Counted from the stretch's first letter, positions 1 to 8,230 are shown. The stretch is 29,888 bases of DNA from Bacteroidales bacterium (GCA_028282585.1 JANQHR010000001.1:1-29888); one strand, 5' to 3'. Notes: generated by a model from the sequence alone, not told the origin. Translations and numbers: made by a program.

Positions 1-77
1 TCTTTGGCATCCATACAGCTAATGCTCTTGAAATTGGGCGAAGAATGGCTCTGGAAAAATTAGAGCAAGCAGCTTAA
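1..77 (+). CDS. C-terminal fragment of a DDE transposase (IS5-like, Bacteroidota type); 5' part outside the window
   Basis: Frame 3 reads FGIHTANALEIGRRMALEKLEQAA* (TAA 75-77). The (WIF)FGIHTANA...AA ending is one I recognise from Bacteroidota DDE transposases. Not in the ORF track. Confidence 0.7.
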   Translation, partial: FGIHTANALEIGRRMALEKLEQAA

Positions 78-169
78 ATAATTATGTATCAAACTATAAA
101 CATTTTTAACATTGGGATAGGTATCTCTAAAAATCAGGAAAATATATCCATAAATTAAAAGTCAACAAA

Positions 170-227
170 AAACTATAAAAAAAGTAGCTGTAAAACTTAA
201 TCTACAGCTTCTTAATTTTTATAGTTT
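170..227. repeat. Long imperfect inverted repeat (hairpin) near the IS end
   Basis: AAACTATAAAAA-AAG-T-AGCTGTA / 10-nt loop / TACAGCT-T-CTT-AA-TTTTTATAGTTT. Confidence 0.7.
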
Positions 228-249
228 ACTTACTTCTGAAATTGCCCGT

Positions 250-369
250 AAAAATTGTGGTAACTGTAAAGACCTGCCTTGCCAAATCTACCAAGACTTA
301 AAAGATCCGAATATCTCGGAAGAGGAGCATATTAAAATGATTGATATTAGAGTTAAGAATCTTAATTAA
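250..369 (+). pseudogene. 3' half of a small Cys-rich DUF3795-like gene, lacking its start (IS-disrupted)
   Basis: Reads KNCGNCKDLPCQIYQDLKDPNISEEEHIKMIDIRVKNLN* (TAA 367-369). The CGxC-x2-LPC...DP...EE pattern resembles the DUF3795 C-terminal half. It begins right at the putative IS end. Confidence 0.6.
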
Positions 370-376
370 AACTAAA

Positions 377-667
377 TTATTTTAAAATAATTTCATCAAT
401 AAGTACTTCACCAGCTTTGTCATTCAGGGCTTTTTTCAGACCATCGCGTAACATAAAGAGCTCGTTACGGATAACAGAAGAATTAAGTTTTACGTATAAT
501 TTCCTATCCTTGATATATATGTCGTTAGTTGATCTGGCAATGGTTTTTCCAACAACATCATCCCATGATCTAATTAATTTAACCTCTTTAAGCTTATCAT
601 CAATTTTTAAGGCTTTAAGATATTCTTTAACTACATCATCTATTTTTTGAGTATTTTTCTTTCTCAT
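377..667 (-). CDS. DUF721 / DciA-family protein (putative helicase loader)
   Basis: 96 aa, W..VVG..IA..T....I....L.V...SS..R.EL pattern; immediately downstream of recF, the usual position. Confidence 0.85.
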   Translation of the reverse strand: MRKKNTQKIDDVVKEYLKALKIDDKLKEVKLIRSWDDVVGKTIARSTNDIYIKDRKLYVKLNSSVIRNELFMLRDGLKKALNDKAGEVLIDEIILK

Positions 668-669
668 TA

Positions 670-1785
670 CTATTCAACCTTTTTAACTTGCAAATTATTA
701 GCAGAATCAATAAGAAATCTGTGATGAGGAATATTAATTTCTTCCAGGATTACTTCTAATCTGTCCTCGCTTGTATCGGTTATAAATATTTGTCCAAAAT
801 GATTTTCAGCAACTAATTCAATAATTTGGCGAACTCGGTTTTTATCAAATTTATCGAAAATATCATCTAATAAAAGAATTGGTTTAAAGCCGCTTATTTC
901 TTTAATAAAATCGAACTGAGCAAGCTTCAAAGAAACTAAGTAGGTTTTTTGTTGTCCTTGTGAACCTGCTTTTTTCATTGGATGGCCTTCTAAAGTTAAA
1001 ATCAAATCATCTTTATGTATACCAACTGTAGTATGTTGCACAATCCGGTCCTTCTCAATAGAGTTATTTAGTAGATCTTTAAATTCACTTTCATGCAGTT
1101 GAGAATCATAAACAAGTTTTACTTTTTCTTTATCTCCTGAGATTCGTGTATAATATTCCTGAAATATCGGTATTAATTCCTCAACAAATTTTACCCTTAC
1201 CCCATAAAGCTTTTCTCCTAATGCAACCAATTGATCAGTCCAAATTTCTATTGTATCCTCATCAAATGTTCTACTTTGATAAAAATCTTTTAATAATTTA
1301 TTTCTTTGTACCAAAGCTCTGTTATAACGAATTAAGTTATCAAGATATACTTTATCATATTGAGAAATGACACTATCCATAAACTTCCTTCTTTCATCAC
1401 TTCCATCAAGGATTAAGCTATTATCCAATGGAGAAATCATTACAACCGGAAGTAATCCGATATGATCCGAAAGTTTCTGGTACTCTTTTTTATTTCTTTT
1501 AAACTGCTTTTTTTTACTCTTTTTTAATCCACAATAAATGCTCTCATGCGTATCTTTTAGTAAATAATCTCCCTGCAATACAAAAAAATCCTCATCATAT
1601 TTAATATTCTGACTATCAATAGGATTAAGATAACTTTTACACATTGACAGGTAATAAATTGCATCCAATAAATTGGTTTTCCCAACTCCATTCCGACCAA
1701 TAAAACAATTTATCTTTGGTGAAAATTCAAGTTCGGATTGACTATAATTTTTAAAATTTATTAATGAAAGTTCTTGTAGATACAT
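670..1785 (-). CDS. recF: DNA replication and repair protein RecF
   Basis: MYLQELSLINFKNY start, Walker A GRNGVGKTN, signature SQGQQK, Walker B LLLDD. Start set at the second Met (ORF track starts at 1806). Confidence 0.95.
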   Translation of the reverse strand: MYLQELSLINFKNYSQSELEFSPKINCFIGRNGVGKTNLLDAIYYLSMCKSYLNPIDSQNIKYDEDFFVLQGDYLLKDTHESIYCGLKKSKKKQFKRNKKEYQKLSDHIGLLPVVMISPLDNSLILDGSDERRKFMDSVISQYDKVYLDNLIRYNRALVQRNKLLKDFYQSRTFDEDTIEIWTDQLVALGEKLYGVRVKFVEELIPIFQEYYTRISGDKEKVKLVYDSQLHESEFKDLLNNSIEKDRIVQHTTVGIHKDDLILTLEGHPMKKAGSQGQQKTYLVSLKLAQFDFIKEISGFKPILLLDDIFDKFDKNRVRQIIELVAENHFGQIFITDTSEDRLEVILEEINIPHHRFLIDSANNLQVKKVE

Positions 1786-1898
1786 TTTCCGAAAAATATT
1801 ATACAAAGATTCTTAATATTCTAGTAAATAAAAAGCACAGGCAATATTTAAATATCAATTTTTATAAACAAAATATTTTAAAAATTACGCAAAAGAAT

Positions 1899-1906
1899 TA
1901 CATTTG
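1899..1906 (+). promoter_or_regulatory. Bacteroidota sigmaA -7 element (TACATTTG) for the TPR gene
   Basis: Matches TAnnTTTG, 45 bp upstream of the ATG at 1951. Confidence 0.55.
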
Positions 1907-1950
1907 CGTTTCAAATGATTTAAGCATAATATTTTAATTAAATTATAAAG

Positions 1951-2640
1951 ATGACAAGCAAAAAGAAAGAAACACATCCAGATCAGTTTGAGTCGGTAGA
2001 AAATGCTTTGAGTAGAACAGAACATTACATTGAAGAAAATCAGAAAAGTTTAACGATTATTATTGCTGCTATTATAGTTATTGTTGGTGGATATTTAGGA
2101 TACAAGAGGTTTGTAATGACTCCAAAAGAAAATGAAGCAAAATCACAAATGTGGATGGCAGAACAATATTTTGAACGTGATTCATTTCAATTGGCTTTAG
2201 ACGGAGATGGTAACTATCTTGGTTTTCTTGACATCATTGAAGAATATGGAATTACGAAATCAGCAAATTTAGCTCAATATTATACAGGAATTAGTTATTT
2301 GCATTTGGGTGAATTTGAAAGTGCAATTGAATATTTAAAGAAGTTCGAATCGGATGATGAAATGATAGCCCCAATTGCGTATGGTGCTATTGGTGATGCC
2401 TATATGGAATTAGAACAAACAAGCGATGCTTTAACTTTTTATAATAAAGCTGTTAATTCATCGGTAAACGAGTTCACCACTCCAATTTACTTAATGAAAG
2501 TTGCATTTGTGCATAAACAAAACGGCAGTTATGATAAAGCATTAGATGCTTATAAGAGAATTAAAAAAGATTTTCCTAATACAACGGAAGGTCGTCAAAT
2601 TGATAAATACATTGCGCAAATAGAAGTTTTAATACAATAA
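1951..2640 (+). CDS. Membrane-anchored tetratricopeptide-repeat protein (YfgM/TPR_21-like)
   Basis: N-terminal TM (LTIIIAAIIVIVGGYLGY) followed by TPR helices; sits between recF and ribH as is common in Bacteroidota. Confidence 0.85.
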   Translation: MTSKKKETHPDQFESVENALSRTEHYIEENQKSLTIIIAAIIVIVGGYLGYKRFVMTPKENEAKSQMWMAEQYFERDSFQLALDGDGNYLGFLDIIEEYGITKSANLAQYYTGISYLHLGEFESAIEYLKKFESDDEMIAPIAYGAIGDAYMELEQTSDALTFYNKAVNSSVNEFTTPIYLMKVAFVHKQNGSYDKALDAYKRIKKDFPNTTEGRQIDKYIAQIEVLIQ

Positions 2641-2666
2641 GGAAATACCAATATTATTATATTATT

Positions 2667-2692
2667 AAATCCTGAGAAATCAGGATTTTTTT
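2667..2692 (+). terminator. Rho-independent terminator after the TPR gene
   Basis: AAATCCTGA-GAAA-TCAGGATTT followed by a T run. Confidence 0.8.
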
Positions 2693-2704
2693 ATTCGTAA
2701 AAAC

Positions 2705-2712
2705 TAACTTTG
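2705..2712 (+). promoter_or_regulatory. -7 element (TAACTTTG) for ribH
   Basis: TAnnTTTG consensus between the terminator and the ribH ATG. Confidence 0.55.
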
Positions 2713-2735
2713 AAAAAATTTAAACATCAAATATT

Positions 2736-3248
2736 ATGGCAACAAGTCTAAAAAATCTATCAGATTATGATATTAATTCTGTACCCTCAGCAAGTGAAAT
2801 GAAGTTTGGAATTGTAGTGGCTGTTTGGAACAGGGAAGTTACCGATGCTTTACTTCAAGGAGCATATAATACTTTAATCAAACATGGAGCAAAAGAAGAA
2901 AATATTTTAACAAAGTTTGTGCCTGGAACCGTTGAGCTTACTTTAGGATCTCAATTTATGGCGGAATATGCGGATTTAGATGCCGTTATTTGCCTGGGAT
3001 GTGTTATTCAAGGAGAAACACGTCATTTTGATTTTGTTTGTCAAAGCGTAACTCATGGTATAACCGAATTAAATATGGATTATAACATACCGTTTATTTT
3101 TGGCGTTTTAACTACCGATAATTTACAACAAGCTAAGGATCGTGCCGGAGGTAAACATGGAAATAAAGGAGATGAAGCCGCTGTTACTGCAATAAAAATG
3201 GCGCATTTACAACTAGAAATGGAACGATTAGAGGAAGAAAATTCTTAG
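2736..3248 (+). CDS. ribH: 6,7-dimethyl-8-ribityllumazine synthase
   Basis: VPGxx[33 protein letters not shown] motifs. Confidence 0.97.
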   Translation: MATSLKNLSDYDINSVPSASEMKFGIVVAVWNREVTDALLQGAYNTLIKHGAKEENILTKFVPGTVELTLGSQFMAEYADLDAVICLGCVIQGETRHFDFVCQSVTHGITELNMDYNIPFIFGVLTTDNLQQAKDRAGGKHGNKGDEAAVTAIKMAHLQLEMERLEEENS

Positions 3249-3333
3249 TTATTTTAAGGTTCTCATAATCAAAAGCATTACACTGCATTGTAATTGGAGT
3301 GATAATTTTTTGTTAAAATAATCGAAATAAAAG

Positions 3334-3363
3334 TTTGTAGTTTCAGTATTTTTGATACTTTTG
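3334..3363 (+). promoter_or_regulatory. Bacteroidota -33/-7 promoter for the tRNA cluster
   Basis: TTTG (3334-3337), 18-bp spacer, TACTTTTG (3356-3363). Confidence 0.65.
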
Positions 3364-3400
3364 CAATCGCTAAAATTAATTATGCGTTCTTAATAATATT

Positions 3401-3474
3401 GCCGATGTAGCTCAGTTGGTCAGAGCAGCTGATTTGTAATCAGCAGGTCGACGGTTCGAATCCGCCCATCGGCT
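3401..3474 (+). tRNA. tRNA-Thr(TGT)
   Basis: Acceptor GCCGATG/CATCGGC, anticodon arm GCTGA-TT TGT AA-TCAGC, TTCGAAT loop; CCA not encoded. Confidence 0.95.
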
Positions 3475-3495
3475 CATTTTATTGAAAAAATTGTT

Positions 3496-3578
3496 GGGGA
3501 GATACCAAAGTGGCCAACTGGGGCAGACTGTAAATCTGCTGGCGCACGCCTTCGTAGGTTCGAATCCTGCTCTCCCCA
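3496..3578 (+). tRNA. tRNA-Tyr(GTA)
   Basis: Acceptor GGGGAGA/TCTCCCC, anticodon arm GCAGA-CT GTA AA-TCTGC, long variable arm. Confidence 0.95.
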
Positions 3579-3585
3579 CTCCTTT

Positions 3586-3658
3586 GCGGGAGTAGCTCAG
3601 TTGGTAGAGCATTAGCCTTCCAAGCTAAGGGTCGCGGATTCGAGTTCCGTCTCCCGCT
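3586..3658 (+). tRNA. tRNA-Gly(TCC)
   Basis: Acceptor GCGGGAG/CTCCCGC, anticodon arm TTAGC-CT TCC AA-GCTAA, T arm GCGGA-TTCGAGT-TCCGT. Confidence 0.93.
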
Positions 3659-3666
3659 CAAAAATT

Positions 3667-3700
3667 AAAGATTGCCTTATAGCAATCTTTTTTTATTTTT
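3667..3700 (+). terminator. Rho-independent terminator of the tRNA operon
   Basis: AAAGATTGC-CTTATA-GCAATCTTT followed by a long T tract. Confidence 0.85.
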
Positions 3701-3707
3701 CAGCTTA

Positions 3708-3763
3708 CCGTCAGCTTTAGCTGGCGGATAATAATAAGCAAACACAATCTCGGGCTTTAGCCC
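3708..3763 (+). repeat. Left REP-like doublet (two TTTA-loop hairpins)
   Basis: CCGTCAGC-TTTA-GCTGGCGG (3708-3727) and GGGC-TTTA-GCCC (3752-3763). The second contains the transposase stop codon. Confidence 0.8.
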
Positions 3764-4194
3764 ATTTTTACTTTTTCAAATTTATACTTATCAATAAACT
3801 GATTATACTCTTCAGAAAGAGTCTTTTTTCGATGATGCTCCTCTTGGTTTTTAATATATTTCCTTAAATTACTAAGTTGTGACTCTCCAATAGAAACAGC
3901 AAAATAATCATCCTGCCAACTGAACTTTAAAGAAGTTAATCTATTCTTATTTATCCAATATGAGGATTCTCCTTTTATCTTTTGCATCACATCTGCTATA
4001 TTTTGTTCCCTTTTTAAGCATATTAAACAATGTAAATGATCTTCAAAGCCTCCAATACAATCGATATAAATACCTTTTGATTTTGCATTTTCTAAAATAT
4101 GGGCTAAAATTTTATCTCTAACTTCTTTTTTGAGTAAAGGCTTTCTGTACTTAGTTGTCCAAACGCAATGAATCCAGATTTTTGTATACGACAT
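3757..4194 (-). CDS. tnpA: IS200/IS605-family HUH Y1 tyrosine transposase (RAYT/TnpA-REP-like)
   Basis: HxVWxTKYR N-terminus, HUH motif DHLHCL, KGESS, WQDDY, catalytic helix YIKNQ; 145 aa; no tnpB nearby. Confidence 0.9.
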   Translation of the reverse strand: MSYTKIWIHCVWTTKYRKPLLKKEVRDKILAHILENAKSKGIYIDCIGGFEDHLHCLICLKREQNIADVMQKIKGESSYWINKNRLTSLKFSWQDDYFAVSIGESQLSNLRKYIKNQEEHHRKKTLSEEYNQFIDKYKFEKVKMG

Positions 4195-4225
4195 TTTATT
4201 TGTTTTTATCTAATTTACAAATAAT

Positions 4226-4281
4226 GAACTAAAGCCCAAAATTTAGAAAAAATGTTTCCGTCGGCTAAAGCCAACGGAAAC
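4226..4281 (-). repeat. Right REP-like doublet, inverted relative to the left one
   Basis: GAAC-TAAA-GCCC (degenerate, 4226-4237) and GTTTCCGTCGGC-TAAA-GCCAACGGAAAC (4254-4281). Confidence 0.8.
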
Positions 4282-4318
4282 TATAGCAAATTATTTGTTT
4301 AAATAAAAACTTCTCAGG

Positions 4319-6655
4319 TTATTCATAACGAAGTGCATCAACAGGATTTAATTTAGAAGCTCTATATGATTGATACGAAATTGCAATAAATGTAATCGTT
4401 AATACAATCAAGAAAGATGCAATAAATGCCCAGTAAGGTAATTCTGTACGAAAGGCAAAACCTTGCAACCATTTACTCATTAAATACCAGGTAATTGGAA
4501 TTGCAATAATATTCGACCATATAACTAATTTGTTTAATTCATTCGAAAGCATTAACACTATTCTAAATGCATTTGCTCCATTTACTTTACGAATACCTAT
4601 TTCTTTTGATTTTCGTTGAATTGTAAAGGAAATTAATCCAATAATACCCAAACATGCAATTAATATTGATATGATCGAAAAAAGAATAAAAAGCCTGCTA
4701 AATTCTATCTCCTTTTTATATTTTGACTGTAAATACTTATCGACAAAGTTAAGTTCGAATGGGAAATTAGGTGAAAAATCTTCCCATATCCCATTTATTT
4801 CGTTTATAACTTTAGTCCAATTATCGCTGTCAATTCTTATATTAATCATACTTGCATACTCTGCTTCCAATAGTATTGCTAAAGGTTCTATATTTTTATG
4901 TAAAGTTTCAAAAGAGTAATCTTTAACAACACCTATAACTTCACCATCGAATATTTTTTCTCCAACCGCATTTCCATTAAATATTTCTCGCGCAGCAGTT
5001 TCATTAAGAAGAAATTTATCTTTATCAGTTTTTACATTTCCAGTAAAATTTCTTCCTTCAATTAGTTCAATACCTAAAGTTTCCAAATAATCTTTATCGC
5101 CAAATTCAATATGGCACGCGTAACTTTTTTCTCCATCATTCCTTGACCAATGCTCTGATTGCAAACGGTAAGAAGCATATGAGTATGAGACATTCTTAAT
5201 ATCTGTTCTTTTTAATAATTCATCCTTAAAAGCATCTTGCTTTTTTCGAATATCTGAATTCATTTTTAAATAAATAAGTTGTTCTTTATCAAATCCCAGA
5301 TCTTTTTTCTGAATATATCTCATTTGAATTAAAACAATAAATGTTGCTATCACAAGTGAACTAGCAATGATATATTGAACTACAATAAGTGTTTTCCGAA
5401 TTAAAATTCCGGTTTTCCCATGGGTCACTTCTTTATTCATGGCTTTAACAGAATTAATCCCGGATACATGCAATGCTGGAAAAACACCGGATAAAATCCC
5501 AATTAAGACCCCACCCATTAGGAAGTAAAAGATTAGTGCCGGGTTCTCAAAGTATCCAATCTTTATTTGAATATTTAAATAATCATTAAAAATTGGTTTC
5601 AGAATCTCAATAAATACTAAGGACAGGTTAATAGCAATTACAGAAAAGACAATTGATTCAATAATTAGTTGGAAGAATACGATTTTGTTTTTAGCACCTA
5701 TAACCTTCCTAACGCCTAATTCTTTGGATCTGTTATATAATTGTGCTACGGTTAAGTTTATATAATTAATTATTGCAATTAATAAAATGATGATCCCAAC
5801 AACTATGAATATTTTCAATTGAGCTTTATTTCCACTTTCAAATTCGTATGCTCTGGAATTTGTAAAATAAATATCTTTCAATGATACTAACTTAAAGTTG
5901 ACTTCACTTATCTCATTCGTGAATTTTGAAAAATATGCTCTTAAATGATTAGTAATTTTTTCTTCTAATATTTCTTTATTAGTTCCTTCATTAACTAAAA
6001 AATAGGTATAGTAGTTCCACATTCCAAAATGATTAAATAATTCTTCATCATTTCGAAATTTTTTAAGATTTTCTATGGATATTATTGCATTAGCTTGAAT
6101 ATGAGAATTATCTGGCATATCTTTTATTACTCCAGTTACTTCAAAATTATATTTGTTGTTAAATAGTATCTGCTTACTTACCGGATCTTCATCGCCGAAT
6201 ATTTTAGAAGCAGTTGTTTCGTTAAGAACAATTGTATAAGGTCGATTAAGTAAATCTTGTTTAGTTCCTTTAACCAATTCATAAGAAAACATATCAAAAA
6301 AAGATGAATCTGCCAAAAGCAAATTTTTCACTTCTTGGATATTATCTTCATATTTAACCACGTAATCACGATATGAATCCATTCTGTTAAAGTTTTTTAT
6401 TTCAGGAAATTCATTCGTTAATAATTCACCTACCATACCTGGTGAAAGAGCTAACTGATTTTCGGTAACTAAATCTAAACGATAAATGTTTTCATAATTT
6501 TGATTAAACTTATCGTGGTTTAACTCATGTAAAACATAGAAAATAATAATTAGAAATATGGCTATTCCAAAACCTAAGCCCCCAATATTTATAAAAGAAA
6601 TGAATTTATTTCTTACAATATTTCGAAATGCTGTTTTGATATAATTTTTAAACAT
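4319..6655 (-). CDS. ABC transporter permease, duplicated MacB-periplasmic/FtsX domains (Bacteroidota type)
   Basis: MFKNYIKTAFRN start, two R.KE.G.RKV.GA motifs, C-terminus NPVDALRYE; 778 aa. Confidence 0.92.
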   Translation of the reverse strand: MFKNYIKTAFRNIVRNKFISFINIGGLGFGIAIFLIIIFYVLHELNHDKFNQNYENIYRLDLVTENQLALSPGMVGELLTNEFPEIKNFNRMDSYRDYVVKYEDNIQEVKNLLLADSSFFDMFSYELVKGTKQDLLNRPYTIVLNETTASKIFGDEDPVSKQILFNNKYNFEVTGVIKDMPDNSHIQANAIISIENLKKFRNDEELFNHFGMWNYYTYFLVNEGTNKEILEEKITNHLRAYFSKFTNEISEVNFKLVSLKDIYFTNSRAYEFESGNKAQLKIFIVVGIIILLIAIINYINLTVAQLYNRSKELGVRKVIGAKNKIVFFQLIIESIVFSVIAINLSLVFIEILKPIFNDYLNIQIKIGYFENPALIFYFLMGGVLIGILSGVFPALHVSGINSVKAMNKEVTHGKTGILIRKTLIVVQYIIASSLVIATFIVLIQMRYIQKKDLGFDKEQLIYLKMNSDIRKKQDAFKDELLKRTDIKNVSYSYASYRLQSEHWSRNDGEKSYACHIEFGDKDYLETLGIELIEGRNFTGNVKTDKDKFLLNETAAREIFNGNAVGEKIFDGEVIGVVKDYSFETLHKNIEPLAILLEAEYASMINIRIDSDNWTKVINEINGIWEDFSPNFPFELNFVDKYLQSKYKKEIEFSRLFILFSIISILIACLGIIGLISFTIQRKSKEIGIRKVNGANAFRIVLMLSNELNKLVIWSNIIAIPITWYLMSKWLQGFAFRTELPYWAFIASFLIVLTITFIAISYQSYRASKLNPVDALRYE

Positions 6656-6687
6656 AGCTATTAAATTTAAAATTTGAATTTATATAG

Positions 6688-6702
6688 CCTAATACCATAC
6701 CA
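6688..6702 (-). promoter_or_regulatory. Sigma54-like -24/-12 promoter for the permease
   Basis: Minus strand TGGTATGGTATTAGG: GG-N10-GG, a degenerate -12; about 60 bp from the tandem UAS; an enhancer-binding protein is encoded adjacent. Confidence 0.5.
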
Positions 6703-6763
6703 TAATCATCAAAAATCTCTTATTTAATTGGTTACACAATATACTTACTACTCACAATAGGAT

Positions 6764-6805
6764 TTGTGTCTAATTTTAGGACTCGTTGTGTCCATTTTTT
6801 GGACT
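6764..6805. promoter_or_regulatory. Tandem palindromic enhancer (UAS) sites for the NtrC-type regulator
   Basis: TTGTGTCTAATTTTAGGACT and TTGTGTCCATTTTTTGGACT, core GTC(C/T)-N7-GGAC, 22 bp apart. Confidence 0.7.
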
Positions 6806-6854
6806 TACATTCATTTTTTTATAAATTGCTCAAACGAATTTAATAAAGTTTTTT

Positions 6855-8222
6855 ATGCAAAACGCCAGGATTTTAATTGTAGATGACAATAAAAACATTC
6901 TCAATGCACTTAATCAAATTTTAAGCGATGAGTTTTCTAATATAATCACAAGTTCTAATCCAAACTTAATTCCGGAAATATTATCGAATAATAAAATAGA
7001 CATTGTATTATTAGACATGAATTTTGTTGCAGGATTAAATACTGGTAATGAAGGTATATTCTGGTTAAACAAAATAAAAGAGATTGATAATTCAATAATG
7101 GTTATACTCATAACAGCTTATGGAGATGTTAATCTGGCTGTAGAAGCCATGAAGCAAGGTGCATCCGATTTTATTCTTAAACCATGGGATAATGATAAAT
7201 TGATTATAACAATTAATAATGTTTTAAAACTCAAATACTCTAATGAAAAAATAAAATCTCTTGAAAACAAACAAGATCATTTGAATGAGATAATCAATAA
7301 AAGCATTGATCCTTTAATTGGAGAATCACAAGGTTTTAAGCAGATACAAAATTTAATTTCCAAAGTTGCCAAAACCGATGCAAATATTTTAATATTTGGT
7401 GAAAATGGTACAGGTAAAGAACTAGTCGCAAGAGAAATTCACAAGCAATCCAAACGAAGTACTCATTCACTTGTAAATATAGATGTTGGAACCTTACCTG
7501 ATACATTATTTGAAAGTGAACTATTTGGTTATAAAAAAGGGGCTTTTACTGATGCTAAAGAAGATCGAACAGGTAAAATAAAAGTAGCAGAAAATGGTAC
7601 TTTATTTTTAGATGAAATTTCAAACCTTTCCTACTCCAATCAAGCTAAACTTCTAACCATTCTGCAACAAAAAAGAGTGAATCCCGTCGGATCTAACCAA
7701 TCATATCCGGTTGATTTTAGACTAATTTGTGCAACTAATAAAGATCTAAAACAACTGCTTATTGAAAATTTATTCAGAGAAGATCTTTTATACAGAATCA
7801 ATACTATTCAGATTGATATCCCACCATTAAGAGAAAGAAAAGAAGATATTCCTTTACTCACAGATCATTTTTTAACGTTTTATAAAAAGAAATATGATAA
7901 AGTGAATCTTAAAGTCAGTAATGATGCTAATGAGCAACTTATGCGGTATTATTGGCCTGGTAATATCCGGGAATTAAAACATACCATAGAAAAAGCGGTA
8001 ATTTTAAGTGAAAGTAATATTCTCCGCTCATCGGATTTTTTATTGGATAGTCCTATAATTAGTAGATTCAATAAAGATTATCCTAAAAAGCTTGATGAAG
8101 TTGAAAAAGATGCAATATTAAGAGCATTAGGAAATAACAATGGAAATATAAAGGAAACGGCTAAAGAACTTGGCATTGCACGTCAGACATTATATAACAA
8201 AATGCAGAAATATGATTTATAA
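6855..8222 (+). CDS. Sigma54-dependent response regulator (NtrC/AtoC family: REC, AAA+, Fis-type HTH)
   Basis: VDD and LLDMNF receiver, GENGTGKE Walker A, GAFTDA loop, LFLDEI Walker B, WPGNIREL, TAKELGIARQTLY HTH. Confidence 0.95.
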   Translation: MQNARILIVDDNKNILNALNQILSDEFSNIITSSNPNLIPEILSNNKIDIVLLDMNFVAGLNTGNEGIFWLNKIKEIDNSIMVILITAYGDVNLAVEAMKQGASDFILKPWDNDKLIITINNVLKLKYSNEKIKSLENKQDHLNEIINKSIDPLIGESQGFKQIQNLISKVAKTDANILIFGENGTGKELVAREIHKQSKRSTHSLVNIDVGTLPDTLFESELFGYKKGAFTDAKEDRTGKIKVAENGTLFLDEISNLSYSNQAKLLTILQQKRVNPVGSNQSYPVDFRLICATNKDLKQLLIENLFREDLLYRINTIQIDIPPLRERKEDIPLLTDHFLTFYKKKYDKVNLKVSNDANEQLMRYYWPGNIRELKHTIEKAVILSESNILRSSDFLLDSPIISRFNKDYPKKLDEVEKDAILRALGNNNGNIKETAKELGIARQTLYNKMQKYDL

Positions 8223-8230
8223 AACCTTAT

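Larger units (their letters stand above)
1..247 (+). mobile_element. Right end of an insertion sequence (IS5-like)
   Basis: Transposase tail, then about 170 bp non-coding with a long hairpin, ending ...TTACTTCTGAAATTGCCC (reverse complement starts GGG, as expected for such IRs). It abuts a headless coding fragment. The exact end is uncertain by 1-2 bp. Confidence 0.55.

Noticed and set aside
3249-3330. Riboswitch or ncRNA near ribH
   Set aside because: AT-rich with only a 5-bp stem; no FMN-riboswitch motifs upstream or downstream of ribH
3412-3661. Minus-strand ORFs of 66 and 60 aa
   Set aside because: Antisense shadows of the three tRNA genes
3757-4318. IS605-type element with tnpB/omegaRNA
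   Set aside because: No tnpB and no room for one; only tnpA with REP-like hairpins
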